DNA of 64,000 nucleotides from Candidatus Heimdallarchaeota archaeon (GCA_018238155.1 JABCTZ010000046.1:318784-382783), one strand, 5' to 3'. Shown: positions 1 to 10,429, counted from the stretch's first letter. Made by a program: numbers and translations. The notes: generated from the letters alone by a model not told the origin.

Positions 1-1094
1 ATGATTTTAGAATTATTACAAATTTAGGAAGTAATTTATTCGCACAAAATAGTAATAATGCAATCGAATCAGAAAAATTGTTTCGAAAAGCTTTAGAGAT
101 TAATCCAAAGTATAACACTGCTTGGATTAAATTGAGTTCAATTTTGAGAACAAAAAAACAGTTGGAAGAAGCAGAAAAAGCTTGTTTACAAGCAATTCAA
201 AATGATCAAGAGGATTATTTTGCATGGAATGAATTGGGAAGAGTATACAAAACCTATTATGATCAATACAGGAAAAAAAGAAATGATGAAACTAGCAAAG
301 AAAAAGTAAAGCAGTATCAAGAGAAATTTATGGATGCATTTTGGAAATCCTTGAAAATCAAACCAGATAACCCTCAAGCATTAGCGAATATTGCTCACAT
401 ACATAGTTCAAGTAATGAATTTGCCAAAGCAATTAAACTTTATAAAAAGATATTGAAAGTTCAACCTCAAAATTATGGAGCATTGATGAGCCTTTCTATT
501 ATCTATATTCAAAAGAATGAATTCGATAATGCAGCAACAATGTGTGATGAAGCATTAAAAATTAGACCTGATACAAAGAAAAATCCAATCGTACATCTAC
601 TCTTTAGGCAAGGGTATGTATTTGAGCCCTTAAAAGAAAATGAGCTAGGTGAATATCACAATATTAAGTTAGCTAAAAATGAAATTCAAAAACTGACTGA
701 TATAGAAGAAGTGATAGGAGAACCACTTGTTAGAAAAATTTGTGATAGATGGGATTTTACTCGAGTAAAAAAACACTTCTTTGAACGAATAATGGGATCA
801 CCCCAAAATGCATCTCAAGGAAAATTTGTTGAAGGACCAAATTTTGATCTAGAAGATTTTCGTATTAGCTCACTTGATTTGGGTTATTGTAATTTGAGTG
901 ATCTACCAGCAAGTATCGGAAATCTCTATAATTTGAAAAGAATAAATTTAGAGCAGAATAAACTAAAGACCTTACCTAAATCATTTTTCCATATGGAAAA
1001 ATTGCAAGTTATTCGTTTAACAAACAATCCTGATTTTATTTTTGATAAGAAAACTAAAAAATTGGAACAAAAGGGATGTGAAATAATAAAATGA
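1..1094 (+). CDS. TPR-repeat protein with C-terminal leucine-rich repeats (5' end lies outside the window)
   Basis: Frame is open from position 3 (DFRIITNLGSNLF...), so TTG at 78 is probably internal. TPR repeats (ALEINPKYNTAW, ALANIAHIH, ALMSLSIIY) and LRRs (LDLGYCNLSDLPASIGNL). Confidence 0.85.
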   Translation, partial: DFRIITNLGSNLFAQNSNNAIESEKLFRKALEINPKYNTAWIKLSSILRTKKQLEEAEKACLQAIQNDQEDYFAWNELGRVYKTYYDQYRKKRNDETSKEKVKQYQEKFMDAFWKSLKIKPDNPQALANIAHIHSSSNEFAKAIKLYKKILKVQPQNYGALMSLSIIYIQKNEFDNAATMCDEALKIRPDTKKNPIVHLLFRQGYVFEPLKENELGEYHNIKLAKNEIQKLTDIEEVIGEPLVRKICDRWDFTRVKKHFFERIMGSPQNASQGKFVEGPNFDLEDFRISSLDLGYCNLSDLPASIGNLYNLKRINLEQNKLKTLPKSFFHMEKLQVIRLTNNPDFIFDKKTKKLEQKGCEIIK

Positions 1095-2041
1095 ATAATG
1101 ACTACGATCTAATAGATGAAAGCAAAATCGATTCTGTAGATTATCATTTCATTCAAGATTTTAAACTCTATTTAGGAGAAAATCTACAAAAAAGGCAAAT
1201 CAAAATTCAGAATGGGAGAATTGTTAAGATAGATTTATGGCATGAGAAAAAAAGAGGAAATTTTCCGGAAAATATTGGAGATCTAACTGAACTTCTCATT
1301 CTAAATTTAGTAAACATAGACTTGAAGAATCTACCAGATTCGATTGGAAAATTACTTAATCTTGAGGAAATGAATATCTCATCCAATCATCATATTAGAT
1401 TATTAGATTCAATTGGAAATCTAACAAGATTAAAAAAACTCAATATGAGTAGATGTAATCTAACTGAATTACCAAAATCATTTGGAAATTTACTAAATTT
1501 AGAATGTCTTAATTTAGAATTTAATAATTTAAATCAGCTACCAAATAATTTTGGCAATCTACAAAAGTTAGAAATTTTGGATTGTGAAAATAATAAACTA
1601 ACAACACTCCCTGATTCATTTTTTCGATTAAAGAATCTATCACGGTTGAATTTAAGAAATAATCCGTTAAAGGTTCTTTCAAACGAGATTATCAATTTTA
1701 TAAATTATCGAAAATCATTGAACCCAGAGAAATGGATGATTTGTCAATATTGTAAAAGAACAATAACTAATTTTGAAAGAAAAGGTTCAGAACCATGGTG
1801 TATTTCGTGTGGCTTGGATGATGTCAATGTTTATAACGAATATGGATTCAATCTTCCACCCAATTTACTGAAAGACGAGAATTCCTTGAGTACTAAAGGT
1901 ATAAAAATTTGCATGTATTGTGGAGGTCCTGCAGATTATTTCTGCCCAAAATGTCAAAAAAATGCGATTTGTGAATTTGAGGGTGATTCCTATTGTCCCT
2001 ACTGTGGAACAGAAGGGCAATGGGAAGAAATAATCAAGTGA
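1091..2041 (+). CDS. Leucine-rich repeat protein with C-terminal Cys-rich Zn ribbons
   Basis: Six or more LxxLxLxxNxLxxLPxxFG repeats; CQYC, CISC, CMYC, CPKC, CPYC at the C-terminus; ATGA overlap with the upstream gene. Confidence 0.85.
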   Translation: MNNDYDLIDESKIDSVDYHFIQDFKLYLGENLQKRQIKIQNGRIVKIDLWHEKKRGNFPENIGDLTELLILNLVNIDLKNLPDSIGKLLNLEEMNISSNHHIRLLDSIGNLTRLKKLNMSRCNLTELPKSFGNLLNLECLNLEFNNLNQLPNNFGNLQKLEILDCENNKLTTLPDSFFRLKNLSRLNLRNNPLKVLSNEIINFINYRKSLNPEKWMICQYCKRTITNFERKGSEPWCISCGLDDVNVYNEYGFNLPPNLLKDENSLSTKGIKICMYCGGPADYFCPKCQKNAICEFEGDSYCPYCGTEGQWEEIIK

Positions 2042-2204
2042 ATGGGATTTGCATATATCATTGATTTCAAAAAAAATACTTTATTTGATAAAAAAAGAAC
2101 ATTTAATTTCAAAATTAACATTTGTCTAAAAGCAATTTAATACTTGATTAACTTGATTTAAAAAAAATATTTTTTGTAGAAACAATGGATTAATTTTGTA
2201 GGAA

Positions 2205-2759
2205 TTGGAATCAATGGCAGATAATGAAATGAAGAGATTTATTATTATGTTATTAGGTGATAAGTTTGAAGGAGAAAGATCACTTCGAGAGAGAATTGGT
2301 GTATCTAATCCTCTCGATCAAATAATGTGTGTGGGCGGTTTTTCAACAGCAATTAATATCTTTAAAATCAATAATGAAAAAATCAAATTTGAAATACGAA
2401 CTGTAAATAGTTCGAAGTCATTCGAGACTATGAGAAAGACATATTATCCTGGAGCAACTGGAGCAATTCTAGTCTTTGATAATACAAATCAAAACTATAC
2501 TAGTAACGTACTTGAAATGTGGTTAAAAGAACTAAGGGTAGTTAATAGAAAAATGGCTGTAGTTCTTGTTAACAATTTAATAGATAGAGAAGGTAAGGAG
2601 TTAATTGTAGATGTTGAAGAAATGGTTGAGAGACTTTCAATGAAATACAAATTAGAAATTACTGCTTTTGAAATTAAAGCAATCACAACAGAATTTATTG
2701 ATAAAATATTGCTAACTCTTGGTGAAAAAATTATTCTACGACAAGAAAAAACCATTTGA
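2205..2759 (+). CDS. Rab/Ras-like small GTPase-fold protein with degenerate G motifs
   Basis: Ras-family scaffold (YYPGATGAILVFD, WLKEL, VVLV), but G1 = GDKFEGERS, G3 = TVNS and G4 = NNLID. Confidence 0.75.
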   Translation: MESMADNEMKRFIIMLLGDKFEGERSLRERIGVSNPLDQIMCVGGFSTAINIFKINNEKIKFEIRTVNSSKSFETMRKTYYPGATGAILVFDNTNQNYTSNVLEMWLKELRVVNRKMAVVLVNNLIDREGKELIVDVEEMVERLSMKYKLEITAFEIKAITTEFIDKILLTLGEKIILRQEKTI

Positions 2760-2852
2760 ATCTAAAGGTAAACAAATTATTCTTTTATCGAAAAAAGAGA
2801 AATGCTTAAAACTGAATAGGTTAAGAAAAAACCATAACCTCTAGGCAACAAT

Positions 2853-3025
2853 GTCGAGGTAGCTTAGCTTGGTTACGGATGTCCACGCGTGCACGTTCGC
2901 CAGAATGGGCGCCTGACTCATAATCGAAATCTCACAGTGGCCAGATTTGATGGGACATCAGGAGGTCGCGGGATCGAAAATCCATTAACATTTTTAATGG
3001 TTCGGTTTGCCCGCCCTCGACACCA
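2853..3025 (+). tRNA. Elongator tRNA-Met (CAU) with three introns (about 2875-2905, 2923-2956, 2979-3008) and encoded CCA
   Basis: Acceptor GTCGAGG/CCTCGAC-A-CCA; anticodon arm CCTGA-CT-CAT-A|A-TCAGG; T arm GCGGG/CCCGC. Each insert is flanked by a 4-bp helix with 3-nt bulges. Removing all three leaves 78 nt. Confidence 0.9.
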
Positions 3026-3139
3026 ATTTTCAACTATCTTTTATTATGATTTTCAATGTGTTTACGATTTGAAATTTAAAATCTATTATGTAACATTTTC
3101 AAATTCAGCTACCATTTGGCAAAAAAATCGTATTGTTAG

Positions 3140-4255
3140 CTAATTGAAGAACTCGCATATATCTCTAGTTTTAGTTATACTATCATAAGTTTCATCTAAA
3201 TCCTCAACGGAGCTTTGATAAACATTCTTAGGTAAGATGAAAAATGTATCTTCATTATTTTCAATAATCTGCAATACATAAGAAATCAATTTATCTACTT
3301 CAATATTATACATAGATCCTCGAGCACCGTAAAAACTACAATTGATAGCACTAAGAGCTTGACCAAACTTTAGAGCATTATCGATTAGGTTTTTGTCAAG
3401 ATTCTGAATTCCTGCTAGACCTTTTCTCGCTAATTGATTGATAATTCCAGCAGTACACCAATCTCCAGCACCTGCTGTATCATGTATGTTAGCGATTGGA
3501 AAGGACTTAACAAATTGCCAATTAGAATCTTTTCTTCTATACTTTAAACCATCTGCTCCAAGGGTAACAATTTCGAGATCGGGCAGAGATTTTAGTTCAA
3601 TTATATCCTCAATAACTAAATTGGTATCATTTCTCTGATTTGAGTATTTCAGAACATTGCTGAGCTCAATTGCTTTCCTCATTTTTTTTGTATCTTTAAC
3701 GACTTGAGGTTCAAATATTATTAGAGTACCCTCACCAGCAAATTTCTCCGCCATTTTGAGTATACTAGGAGCAATACGATCAAAGTAAAAAACATCGGGA
3801 ATAGTTTTAATTTTGGGTAATAAATCACTATATTGTTTTAGCGTTATAGGTTGAAATCTTGGTAAATAATCACCACAAGTTGGACATCTAAAGCTAAAGG
3901 AGTGAGTTGGCGGATTTTTATTTAGATTTATTTTTTCTATCACAACAGGTATTGAGTTTGAATCTGTTCTAACAAGGAAATCCGTTTTCACATTCCATTT
4001 TTCTAAATCTTCGAGCATTATTTCTACTAAAGGACCTTTACCTAATCTTGCTAACGGATAAGTGTTCCAACCCAAATAGGATAAGATTGTTAGGATATTA
4101 CCACATGAACCACCAGCTGCGGTAGAGAATTGTTCTAATGTGGAACCATTCCTCTTATAGATGATATCTAATGCTACTAAACCACTACCATAGATTATTG
4201 GTTTTTTTAGTATAGTTGAATCATCTTGTAAATCATTATTCATAATAACATTCAC
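3140..4255 (-). CDS. PfkB/ribokinase-family carbohydrate or nucleoside kinase with a CxxC insert
   Basis: AGGSCGN and DTAGAGD PfkB signatures; CPTCG insert. Confidence 0.85.
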   Translation of the reverse strand: MNVIMNNDLQDDSTILKKPIIYGSGLVALDIIYKRNGSTLEQFSTAAGGSCGNILTILSYLGWNTYPLARLGKGPLVEIMLEDLEKWNVKTDFLVRTDSNSIPVVIEKINLNKNPPTHSFSFRCPTCGDYLPRFQPITLKQYSDLLPKIKTIPDVFYFDRIAPSILKMAEKFAGEGTLIIFEPQVVKDTKKMRKAIELSNVLKYSNQRNDTNLVIEDIIELKSLPDLEIVTLGADGLKYRRKDSNWQFVKSFPIANIHDTAGAGDWCTAGIINQLARKGLAGIQNLDKNLIDNALKFGQALSAINCSFYGARGSMYNIEVDKLISYVLQIIENNEDTFFILPKNVYQSSVEDLDETYDSITKTRDICEFFN

Positions 4256-5390
4256 CCTCTAACCAAATTGCAAAGTGCTCACTTTCAATTTGATTATGAT
4301 TATCCAGATCTTTGTCTGTAATATTATAACCTTTTGCTTCAGTATAAGCTATACCAACATTACTTTTATTATTTTCGTGACAAGAGTAAACTGCAAGTAG
4401 TGCTCCTAGTGATAAGATTTTACTGGATAATGGTGAAATAACAAACTGACAACCTTCTAATAAAGCCAATGTCTTTTCATATTTTCTAATTGTAGCTAAA
4501 ATTATTCTATATACATCAAAAGGATCTTGCTCAGCTGCATAGAGAATCTGATCTTTGCTTTTAATTACTTCTTTAAATTCTTTGTAAATATCATCACCTC
4601 TTCTTGGGTTTTTAGAAGGAAAAGGGAGAATATAACAAATATCTTTTGGTGTTATCAGAGAGCTAATTTCATTGTACTGTTCAGTTTTTTGTTCTCCTAA
4701 AATTGGAATCCAAATTTTTGGAATATGATCTTTAGATTGATTTTTCAAATCTCCTTCTAATCCCAACATATATTGAGCTTTTACTACTTCTTTTGGGTGA
4801 ACACTAATATCATATTTTGAGCTTTCTGTGATTAGCACAAATAAGTTCTTTTTACTCACATTGTTATTATTGAAATTTTCAACATATTTAAGTAAAATTT
4901 GTATTATCGGAAAGTATAAAGAATATGGTATTGCACTTATATCAATTAGAATGTCAGAATAATCTTGGTATAAAGTAGGATTAGTAAATAAATTCCTTAT
5001 ATTTTGAGGTCCTGTTCTTTTTTTCCCAAGATCATCTATTACCATTTCAATTTTCTCTTCTTTTATTTGAATTTCATTTTTCTTGATTAAATCAATTAAT
5101 CTGTTGTAATTATCAATAATTAAATCATCATGTTTATGAGATGGAGAATTAACCCCCTCGTTGTATTCAATTAATAAACATTCCAACTTTCCTTCAAAAT
5201 TTAAACCTAATATTTTTTCTAGACCTATGCACATTCTATGATCAAAACCTTTACCTAAAATGAAAAGTATTTTCCTATCATTCTTTTTAAGAAATTCTTC
5301 CCAGAAAATATTGAAATCTTTGTTTTTACAAATAAAATTGATTGATTCCCACTTATTATTACAGTTCAATATTTCCATTTTCTTAACCAC
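4236..5390 (-). CDS. Uncharacterised Rossmann-like (possibly tandem CARF-like) protein of the PRTase/ATPase island
   Basis: 384-aa ORF overlapping both neighbours; IDISAIP and SPLSSKILSLGALLA motifs resemble CARF-like nucleotide-binding folds. Confidence 0.5.
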   Translation of the reverse strand: MVKKMEILNCNNKWESINFICKNKDFNIFWEEFLKKNDRKILFILGKGFDHRMCIGLEKILGLNFEGKLECLLIEYNEGVNSPSHKHDDLIIDNYNRLIDLIKKNEIQIKEEKIEMVIDDLGKKRTGPQNIRNLFTNPTLYQDYSDILIDISAIPYSLYFPIIQILLKYVENFNNNNVSKKNLFVLITESSKYDISVHPKEVVKAQYMLGLEGDLKNQSKDHIPKIWIPILGEQKTEQYNEISSLITPKDICYILPFPSKNPRRGDDIYKEFKEVIKSKDQILYAAEQDPFDVYRIILATIRKYEKTLALLEGCQFVISPLSSKILSLGALLAVYSCHENNKSNVGIAYTEAKGYNITDKDLDNHNQIESEHFAIWLEGECYYE

Positions 5391-7320
5391 CTTTCGCTCT
5401 TACCGTATATCCATAATTTATCCAATTATGCAATGTTCTTAAAGAAACTTCACGATATCCCCCATATTCCAAAGGTAAACCATATTTAACACAAAGTAAA
5501 CGGTTAAGATATAGTACTAACCAATAAGTTCCTTTACACTTAACTTCTCTTTGTTCAAGAATATTACTAACTAAACAGTTATGTAGAACAGTATTTAATT
5601 TCTTATCTTCATTTGTAGAAAGAACATTGTTTCTATTAAGACGTATTGCATCTTTTGAAGAAATCGCAATTCCAGTAACTCCTGGAGCATATGGAGCATT
5701 AGGTTTATCTGTTTCATATTTCGATAATTTTCCAATTGCATCAATTAAATTTCGAATTTCTGTCTCAAATGATAAATTTTGAAAATTTCTTTCTAGAAAG
5801 TTATTTGATATACCTCTCAATAAGTTTTCTTGTGTTTTGGGAGAAAGTTTAGTGACCCTAGCTTTCATAAGATTATTTGTTAAAAATGTATCAAAGAGCT
5901 TCTCTGAGATATTTAAAAATTGTTCAATATTATTTGAAGCAACTTGAGATACTTTTTCCAATCCAAAATAATAAGGTATTTTCTCTTCAATTGAAATTTT
6001 AAAAGCAGCAGCTTTCCTAATTGCAGATGATATTTTTCTCATTGGTTTTTCTTCAACTTGAGAATCTATTAAAGTAGTTTGAATTGAACCTCTTATTTTA
6101 CGATCATATAGAATTTGAATAGATCTTAATAATATAATTTTCTCAATTAAAGTATCCAAATTATTTTGTTTGTATTTTTTATCTATTAAAGAAATTTGTT
6201 CTTTATAAAAATTCATTAAAGAATCTATGTTTTCAACTTTTGGAAGTATTCGTTTTTTCAAGTTACTAATTATTTCCTTCCATTTTTCTATTGGTAAATT
6301 TTCTTGTAAACTTTCTGAAAATCGAGAAACCAATATGTGTGAAGATTCATTGATTCTTCTATTAGCTATAGATTTTACTAATTTAATAAATGATGACTTA
6401 TTATTATACCAGTATTCATCTAGATTAATTTCAACAAAATCTCTTTCCATTCTTGAATTTCTATTTCGTGTTGATTTGAAAATTTCATCTTTCTGTAATG
6501 ATTCTATTCTGCTAGATAGCCACCAATTACTTGCTCTATTTTTGAGTAGGAAATTTGATAAATTATTGATTTGATTTTTTGATAATGTATCTACTTCGTC
6601 TAACATTATTAATACTGATTCATATAATTGGTTGCCATTATAAAGAAAGCATTTGGGATTAAATAGGTGAAAAATCTCATGGAAATTTGGTAGATTTATA
6701 TTTCCGTTCTTTTCATTATATCCATAGATGTTTAGATCCAATGTTTGTTTTTCTAATTGTGAGGCCCATGAAAACAATTCTTTACCAGTACAGTTTGTGG
6801 GTATTTCACTTTCAGGATTCAATTCTGGAATTTTTAAAATCTTAATTTCAGATAAATCATTAGGGTATAATATACCAGCAAATACAGTTAATCCTTTTAG
6901 AAAACTAATTACCAATCTAGCCATTAATAAACTATAAAAAGCACTTATTTTCATATTTTCAGCAAGAATTTGGTTGGTATCAAAAAGATAATAATCAACC
7001 ATGGATGTGTATATACCAAGTTTACTAGGTTTGTTATCAAAGATTTGAAAACTATTAACTTTTACATAGAGTTCATTATGAACTTCATTGTGTCTATTTT
7101 CAAATAATGTCATTAAGCTCTCAGGAGTAAACAGCCTTAGAAAAGTTGTTTTCCCGGAACCAGGAAGACTAAGCATTTTTACAGGACTATTCCATAAATG
7201 ATTTCGATATTTTAATAGTAAATCTAATGCTTTTGGTTCAAACAAACTTAGAAAAATACTATCATTTATTTTTTTTTCAGATGCTCTATAAGAGAATGGA
7301 TTTCTTTCATAAACACTCAT
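5383..7320 (-). CDS. STAND/ORC-CDC6-like P-loop ATPase
   Basis: N-terminal NPF motif, Walker A SLPGSGKT, Walker B VLIMLDE, C-terminal YLNRLLC..YGLP segment. Confidence 0.75.
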   Translation of the reverse strand: MSVYERNPFSYRASEKKINDSIFLSLFEPKALDLLLKYRNHLWNSPVKMLSLPGSGKTTFLRLFTPESLMTLFENRHNEVHNELYVKVNSFQIFDNKPSKLGIYTSMVDYYLFDTNQILAENMKISAFYSLLMARLVISFLKGLTVFAGILYPNDLSEIKILKIPELNPESEIPTNCTGKELFSWASQLEKQTLDLNIYGYNEKNGNINLPNFHEIFHLFNPKCFLYNGNQLYESVLIMLDEVDTLSKNQINNLSNFLLKNRASNWWLSSRIESLQKDEIFKSTRNRNSRMERDFVEINLDEYWYNNKSSFIKLVKSIANRRINESSHILVSRFSESLQENLPIEKWKEIISNLKKRILPKVENIDSLMNFYKEQISLIDKKYKQNNLDTLIEKIILLRSIQILYDRKIRGSIQTTLIDSQVEEKPMRKISSAIRKAAAFKISIEEKIPYYFGLEKVSQVASNNIEQFLNISEKLFDTFLTNNLMKARVTKLSPKTQENLLRGISNNFLERNFQNLSFETEIRNLIDAIGKLSKYETDKPNAPYAPGVTGIAISSKDAIRLNRNNVLSTNEDKKLNTVLHNCLVSNILEQREVKCKGTYWLVLYLNRLLCVKYGLPLEYGGYREVSLRTLHNWINYGYTVRAKGG

Positions 7321-7335
7321 AACTTATTACACCTA

Positions 7336-8463
7336 TCAACCATGTCTAGTAATTCTTGGAAATAATCCTTTAAATTTCAGATAATCATAACTCCAAAGAA
7401 TAAATATTGAATTGTTCGGAGTATTGTGATTTAAAATAACAGGTATCGCACATTCAGCAAAACCCAATTTCAGAATTTGCGATCCACCTTTATCTGTATG
7501 TTCACTTTGAACAGCTGGATCATAATAATCATCTTTTAAAATTAAATCATATATTTTTTCCGAATCAGTTATTGTTATATTATCCTCTAAAATCTGAAGT
7601 ACTTCAATTCTATATTCGACATTTGGCTTTCTTTTTAACAGCTCTCTCATATATTTGTCTATATGTCTACGTGCTTTATTCGTTGCGATGCACAAAACAA
7701 TAACTACTAAATATTTTCTTTGAAAAAAACCCTTGTTCTTTTCTATTACTTTTATTGATTTGGCAATTTTTCCTTTGAATCTTCTTTTTTTCTTGTCAAT
7801 AAAACTTTTGCCACTTGCAGTGAAATCATCAAGTAAAAACAGCACTTCAAATCTATTACGTTTTTTTTCCCTTTTAAGCTTCAAATCATTTTCCTCCACA
7901 GGAATCTCTAGTAAACCTTTTTTCAATTCCTTTTGTAAATCTAGACGTTTATCTCTATTGATATAATATATTGAACAAATTTGCTCGTGACTTATTGAAT
8001 TTTTCTTATTCTCTCTCCTAAAATCACCCATCATTGATCCATCACTTAGACCCATGAATAAACATTTTCTAAGGAGAATTTTAAAGTAGGGATCACTAAT
8101 GTGCTGATTAATTAGATACTTGGGTTTTTTATTTCTATCAGCAACAATATCAATTAGTACTGGTAAAATTGACTTGTAGTAAATTAGCGAAACAAGGTGC
8201 AATATTTCTTGACGAGATATATAGATTAGTTTACTAGTAATGAAGTCATATGAAATCTTCTTATCATTATCATTATTGAACTGATCCAACCAAATTACAA
8301 AACTTTCTAAAAATCGCATTCCAATTGAGAAGTTTTGATAATTATCATATTTATATTGTGCAATAGCTCTTAATTCTTTAAGCTCATTTGCTATAGAGCT
8401 TTCATTCATCCATAAGAGAGTTTGCTTTAATATTGCTTCTGCGATTTCTTCGTTTATGTTCAA
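7336..8463 (-). CDS. Type I phosphoribosyltransferase-fold protein (conflict-system type)
   Basis: PRPP-binding loop LFLLDDFTASGKS; C-terminal HNTPNNS...LFPR motif. Confidence 0.75.
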   Translation of the reverse strand: MNINEEIAEAILKQTLLWMNESSIANELKELRAIAQYKYDNYQNFSIGMRFLESFVIWLDQFNNDNDKKISYDFITSKLIYISRQEILHLVSLIYYKSILPVLIDIVADRNKKPKYLINQHISDPYFKILLRKCLFMGLSDGSMMGDFRRENKKNSISHEQICSIYYINRDKRLDLQKELKKGLLEIPVEENDLKLKREKKRNRFEVLFLLDDFTASGKSFIDKKKRRFKGKIAKSIKVIEKNKGFFQRKYLVVIVLCIATNKARRHIDKYMRELLKRKPNVEYRIEVLQILEDNITITDSEKIYDLILKDDYYDPAVQSEHTDKGGSQILKLGFAECAIPVILNHNTPNNSIFILWSYDYLKFKGLFPRITRHG

Positions 8464-8467
8464 TCCC

Positions 8468-10429
8468 TCACTCCATTTTCAAGTTTAAATGAAATGTATT
8501 TTCACCGAATATTATTCTATTTAAGTAAAATAAAGTTATCGGAACTCCTCTATAACCCATTGGTCCCAAATTCCAACAATTGAAAGGGTTTGAAGAAACC
8601 TCATCTACACTTAATGATAAGTTTCGATTTAATAAATCAAAATCGTTACCATCTATTGAACCTTTATCACCTATGGTCAAAACAGAATGATTTTTAGCCA
8701 ATGAATTTTGTATTAAATCTATAACCACTGTTTTTGTTACAGTTTTTGGTATTATATCTATAGAATGATCTGAAAGTACCATTTTCACTTCTTTATTTTG
8801 TCCAAGTTTTGTATTTAAGTATGAAAATATCGATAACAAATCACTATTTGGAGCTATTATTGTGAGTTGAGTAGGTTTATGTCTTATATCTTTTTCAAAT
8901 AGACTAAGATATTTATCATCACAAAGTAGTTCATTAATTTCATTAACATATGCATTTATTGAAATGTTATCGAAATCAATCTTTTCTGAAAGAAAACCAC
9001 AAATACTCCCATTATGATAACCAACAAAAATTTTCTCATGATATTCCTTTGGAATTTTCTCTATCAAGTCGCGGTTTAGAGAACCTCCTCTACCTGAAGC
9101 AATTCCTATCTTGATATTATGATCTATTAAATGTAGAAGATTGCTAACAACATCATCAGCGATACCAATTTTTCTTCTTTCAGAGGGACATAATGTGCCA
9201 TCAAAATCAAAAACTATTCCACCGAATTTTTCTTCTGTAAAACTGGCTTGGTAATCATCGAATGATTTTTTCCAAAAATTTCGAACTTGTTTAGTTGAAA
9301 AATCAAAATTTGGGAATTTTCTTAAAATATATGCTCTATTTGGTTCTTTTCTCCATAATTGATATTTGCTCAATTCTGAAGTTGTTACTGACATTCGATA
9401 TAGTTTCCTACCAAATTCAGGAATACCTTGACTTGAAGGGTCAATATTTCTATAAACACCTGCAAGATTTACTAAAAAATATGTTTTTATAAGTAAATCA
9501 ATAGCTGATAATGGACCTTCAGAATATTTGGACTTAAAAATGTATTTTGGAATTTTCTCAGGAATTAATGAGAAAGTTCGTTTGAGATTTTTTTCCGATT
9601 TTCTATCAGCAAATGCTAACAAAGAAGATATTTGCCATTTTTTATCAATCCAATTATGTCTTCCATGTCCAAAATTACGATAATCGCTCAGACTAACATT
9701 TCCTAATGCTGATTCACTATATTTTGATTCCAAATCAATTGCAGCAAATCTACCCCAATTCCCAAATAATACAATAATTGTATCTTTACAAATAATATGC
9801 TTCAAATTATTTCTTAGTGTGTTTTCAAATTCATCAAAATCTTTTGAATCCAAAGCAAACTCATCAAATTCCTTTGGTAGGAAAAGTATTTTCTTATTTG
9901 ATTTGTAATAAGCTCGTAGAAATAAAATACTAAATATTAATATAGAATTAACAGCTAGAAAACCATCTTTTTTTGTAGGTAATTTGAAATTAAAATAAGA
10001 AATAATTGTGTAATTAGAGAATTTGGTTATAATAGGTGCATTTGGATTTGCACACACTACAATAATGTGTTTATGCTCTCTTGCTACTGCTTCATTCAAA
10101 ACGTTAATTATATCAGTATTTTTACCAGAAGTTGTAATTAAGATAACAGCTGAATTTGAGGAAGTATTGGTACTAATATAATCCAAAGGTGTCATTGCTT
10201 TGGCAATTTGACTTGTAAATTCACTATGTAATGAAGAAATATAGCTGGCAACTGAATAAGAACCACCAGAACCAATAACAATTAAAGATTCCTCTTTAAT
10301 CTTCTTAAGATACTTTATCAAATTATCAATAGGGTATTTTGTTGCCCAATTATATGCTTTATCCATTTCCTGTAATCTCGTTCTATATTTAGACATTATT
10401 AGCACCAAATTTTTTCTCTCTTCTAGCAC
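8468..10429 (-). CDS. Double-SIS sugar isomerase domain fused to a Cof-type HAD phosphatase
   Basis: SIS motifs VIGSGGS, ITTSGKNTD, DLESKYSE..NFGHGRH; HAD motifs DFDGTL, ASGRG, GDKG..GND. Real start may be the ATG at 10396. Confidence 0.8.
   Translation of the reverse strand: MLEERKNLVLIMSKYRTRLQEMDKAYNWATKYPIDNLIKYLKKIKEESLIVIGSGGSYSVASYISSLHSEFTSQIAKAMTPLDYISTNTSSNSAVILITTSGKNTDIINVLNEAVAREHKHIIVVCANPNAPIITKFSNYTIISYFNFKLPTKKDGFLAVNSILIFSILFLRAYYKSNKKILFLPKEFDEFALDSKDFDEFENTLRNNLKHIICKDTIIVLFGNWGRFAAIDLESKYSESALGNVSLSDYRNFGHGRHNWIDKKWQISSLLAFADRKSEKNLKRTFSLIPEKIPKYIFKSKYSEGPLSAIDLLIKTYFLVNLAGVYRNIDPSSQGIPEFGRKLYRMSVTTSELSKYQLWRKEPNRAYILRKFPNFDFSTKQVRNFWKKSFDDYQASFTEEKFGGIVFDFDGTLCPSERRKIGIADDVVSNLLHLIDHNIKIGIASGRGGSLNRDLIEKIPKEYHEKIFVGYHNGSICGFLSEKIDFDNISINAYVNEINELLCDDKYLSLFEKDIRHKPTQLTIIAPNSDLLSIFSYLNTKLGQNKEVKMVLSDHSIDIIPKTVTKTVVIDLIQNSLAKNHSVLTIGDKGSIDGNDFDLLNRNLSLSVDEVSSNPFNCWNLGPMGYRGVPITLFYLNRIIFGENTFHLNLKME

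Noticed and set aside
2889-3143. 84-aa ORF on the + strand
   Set aside because: Overlaps the intron-containing tRNA-Met; no protein features.
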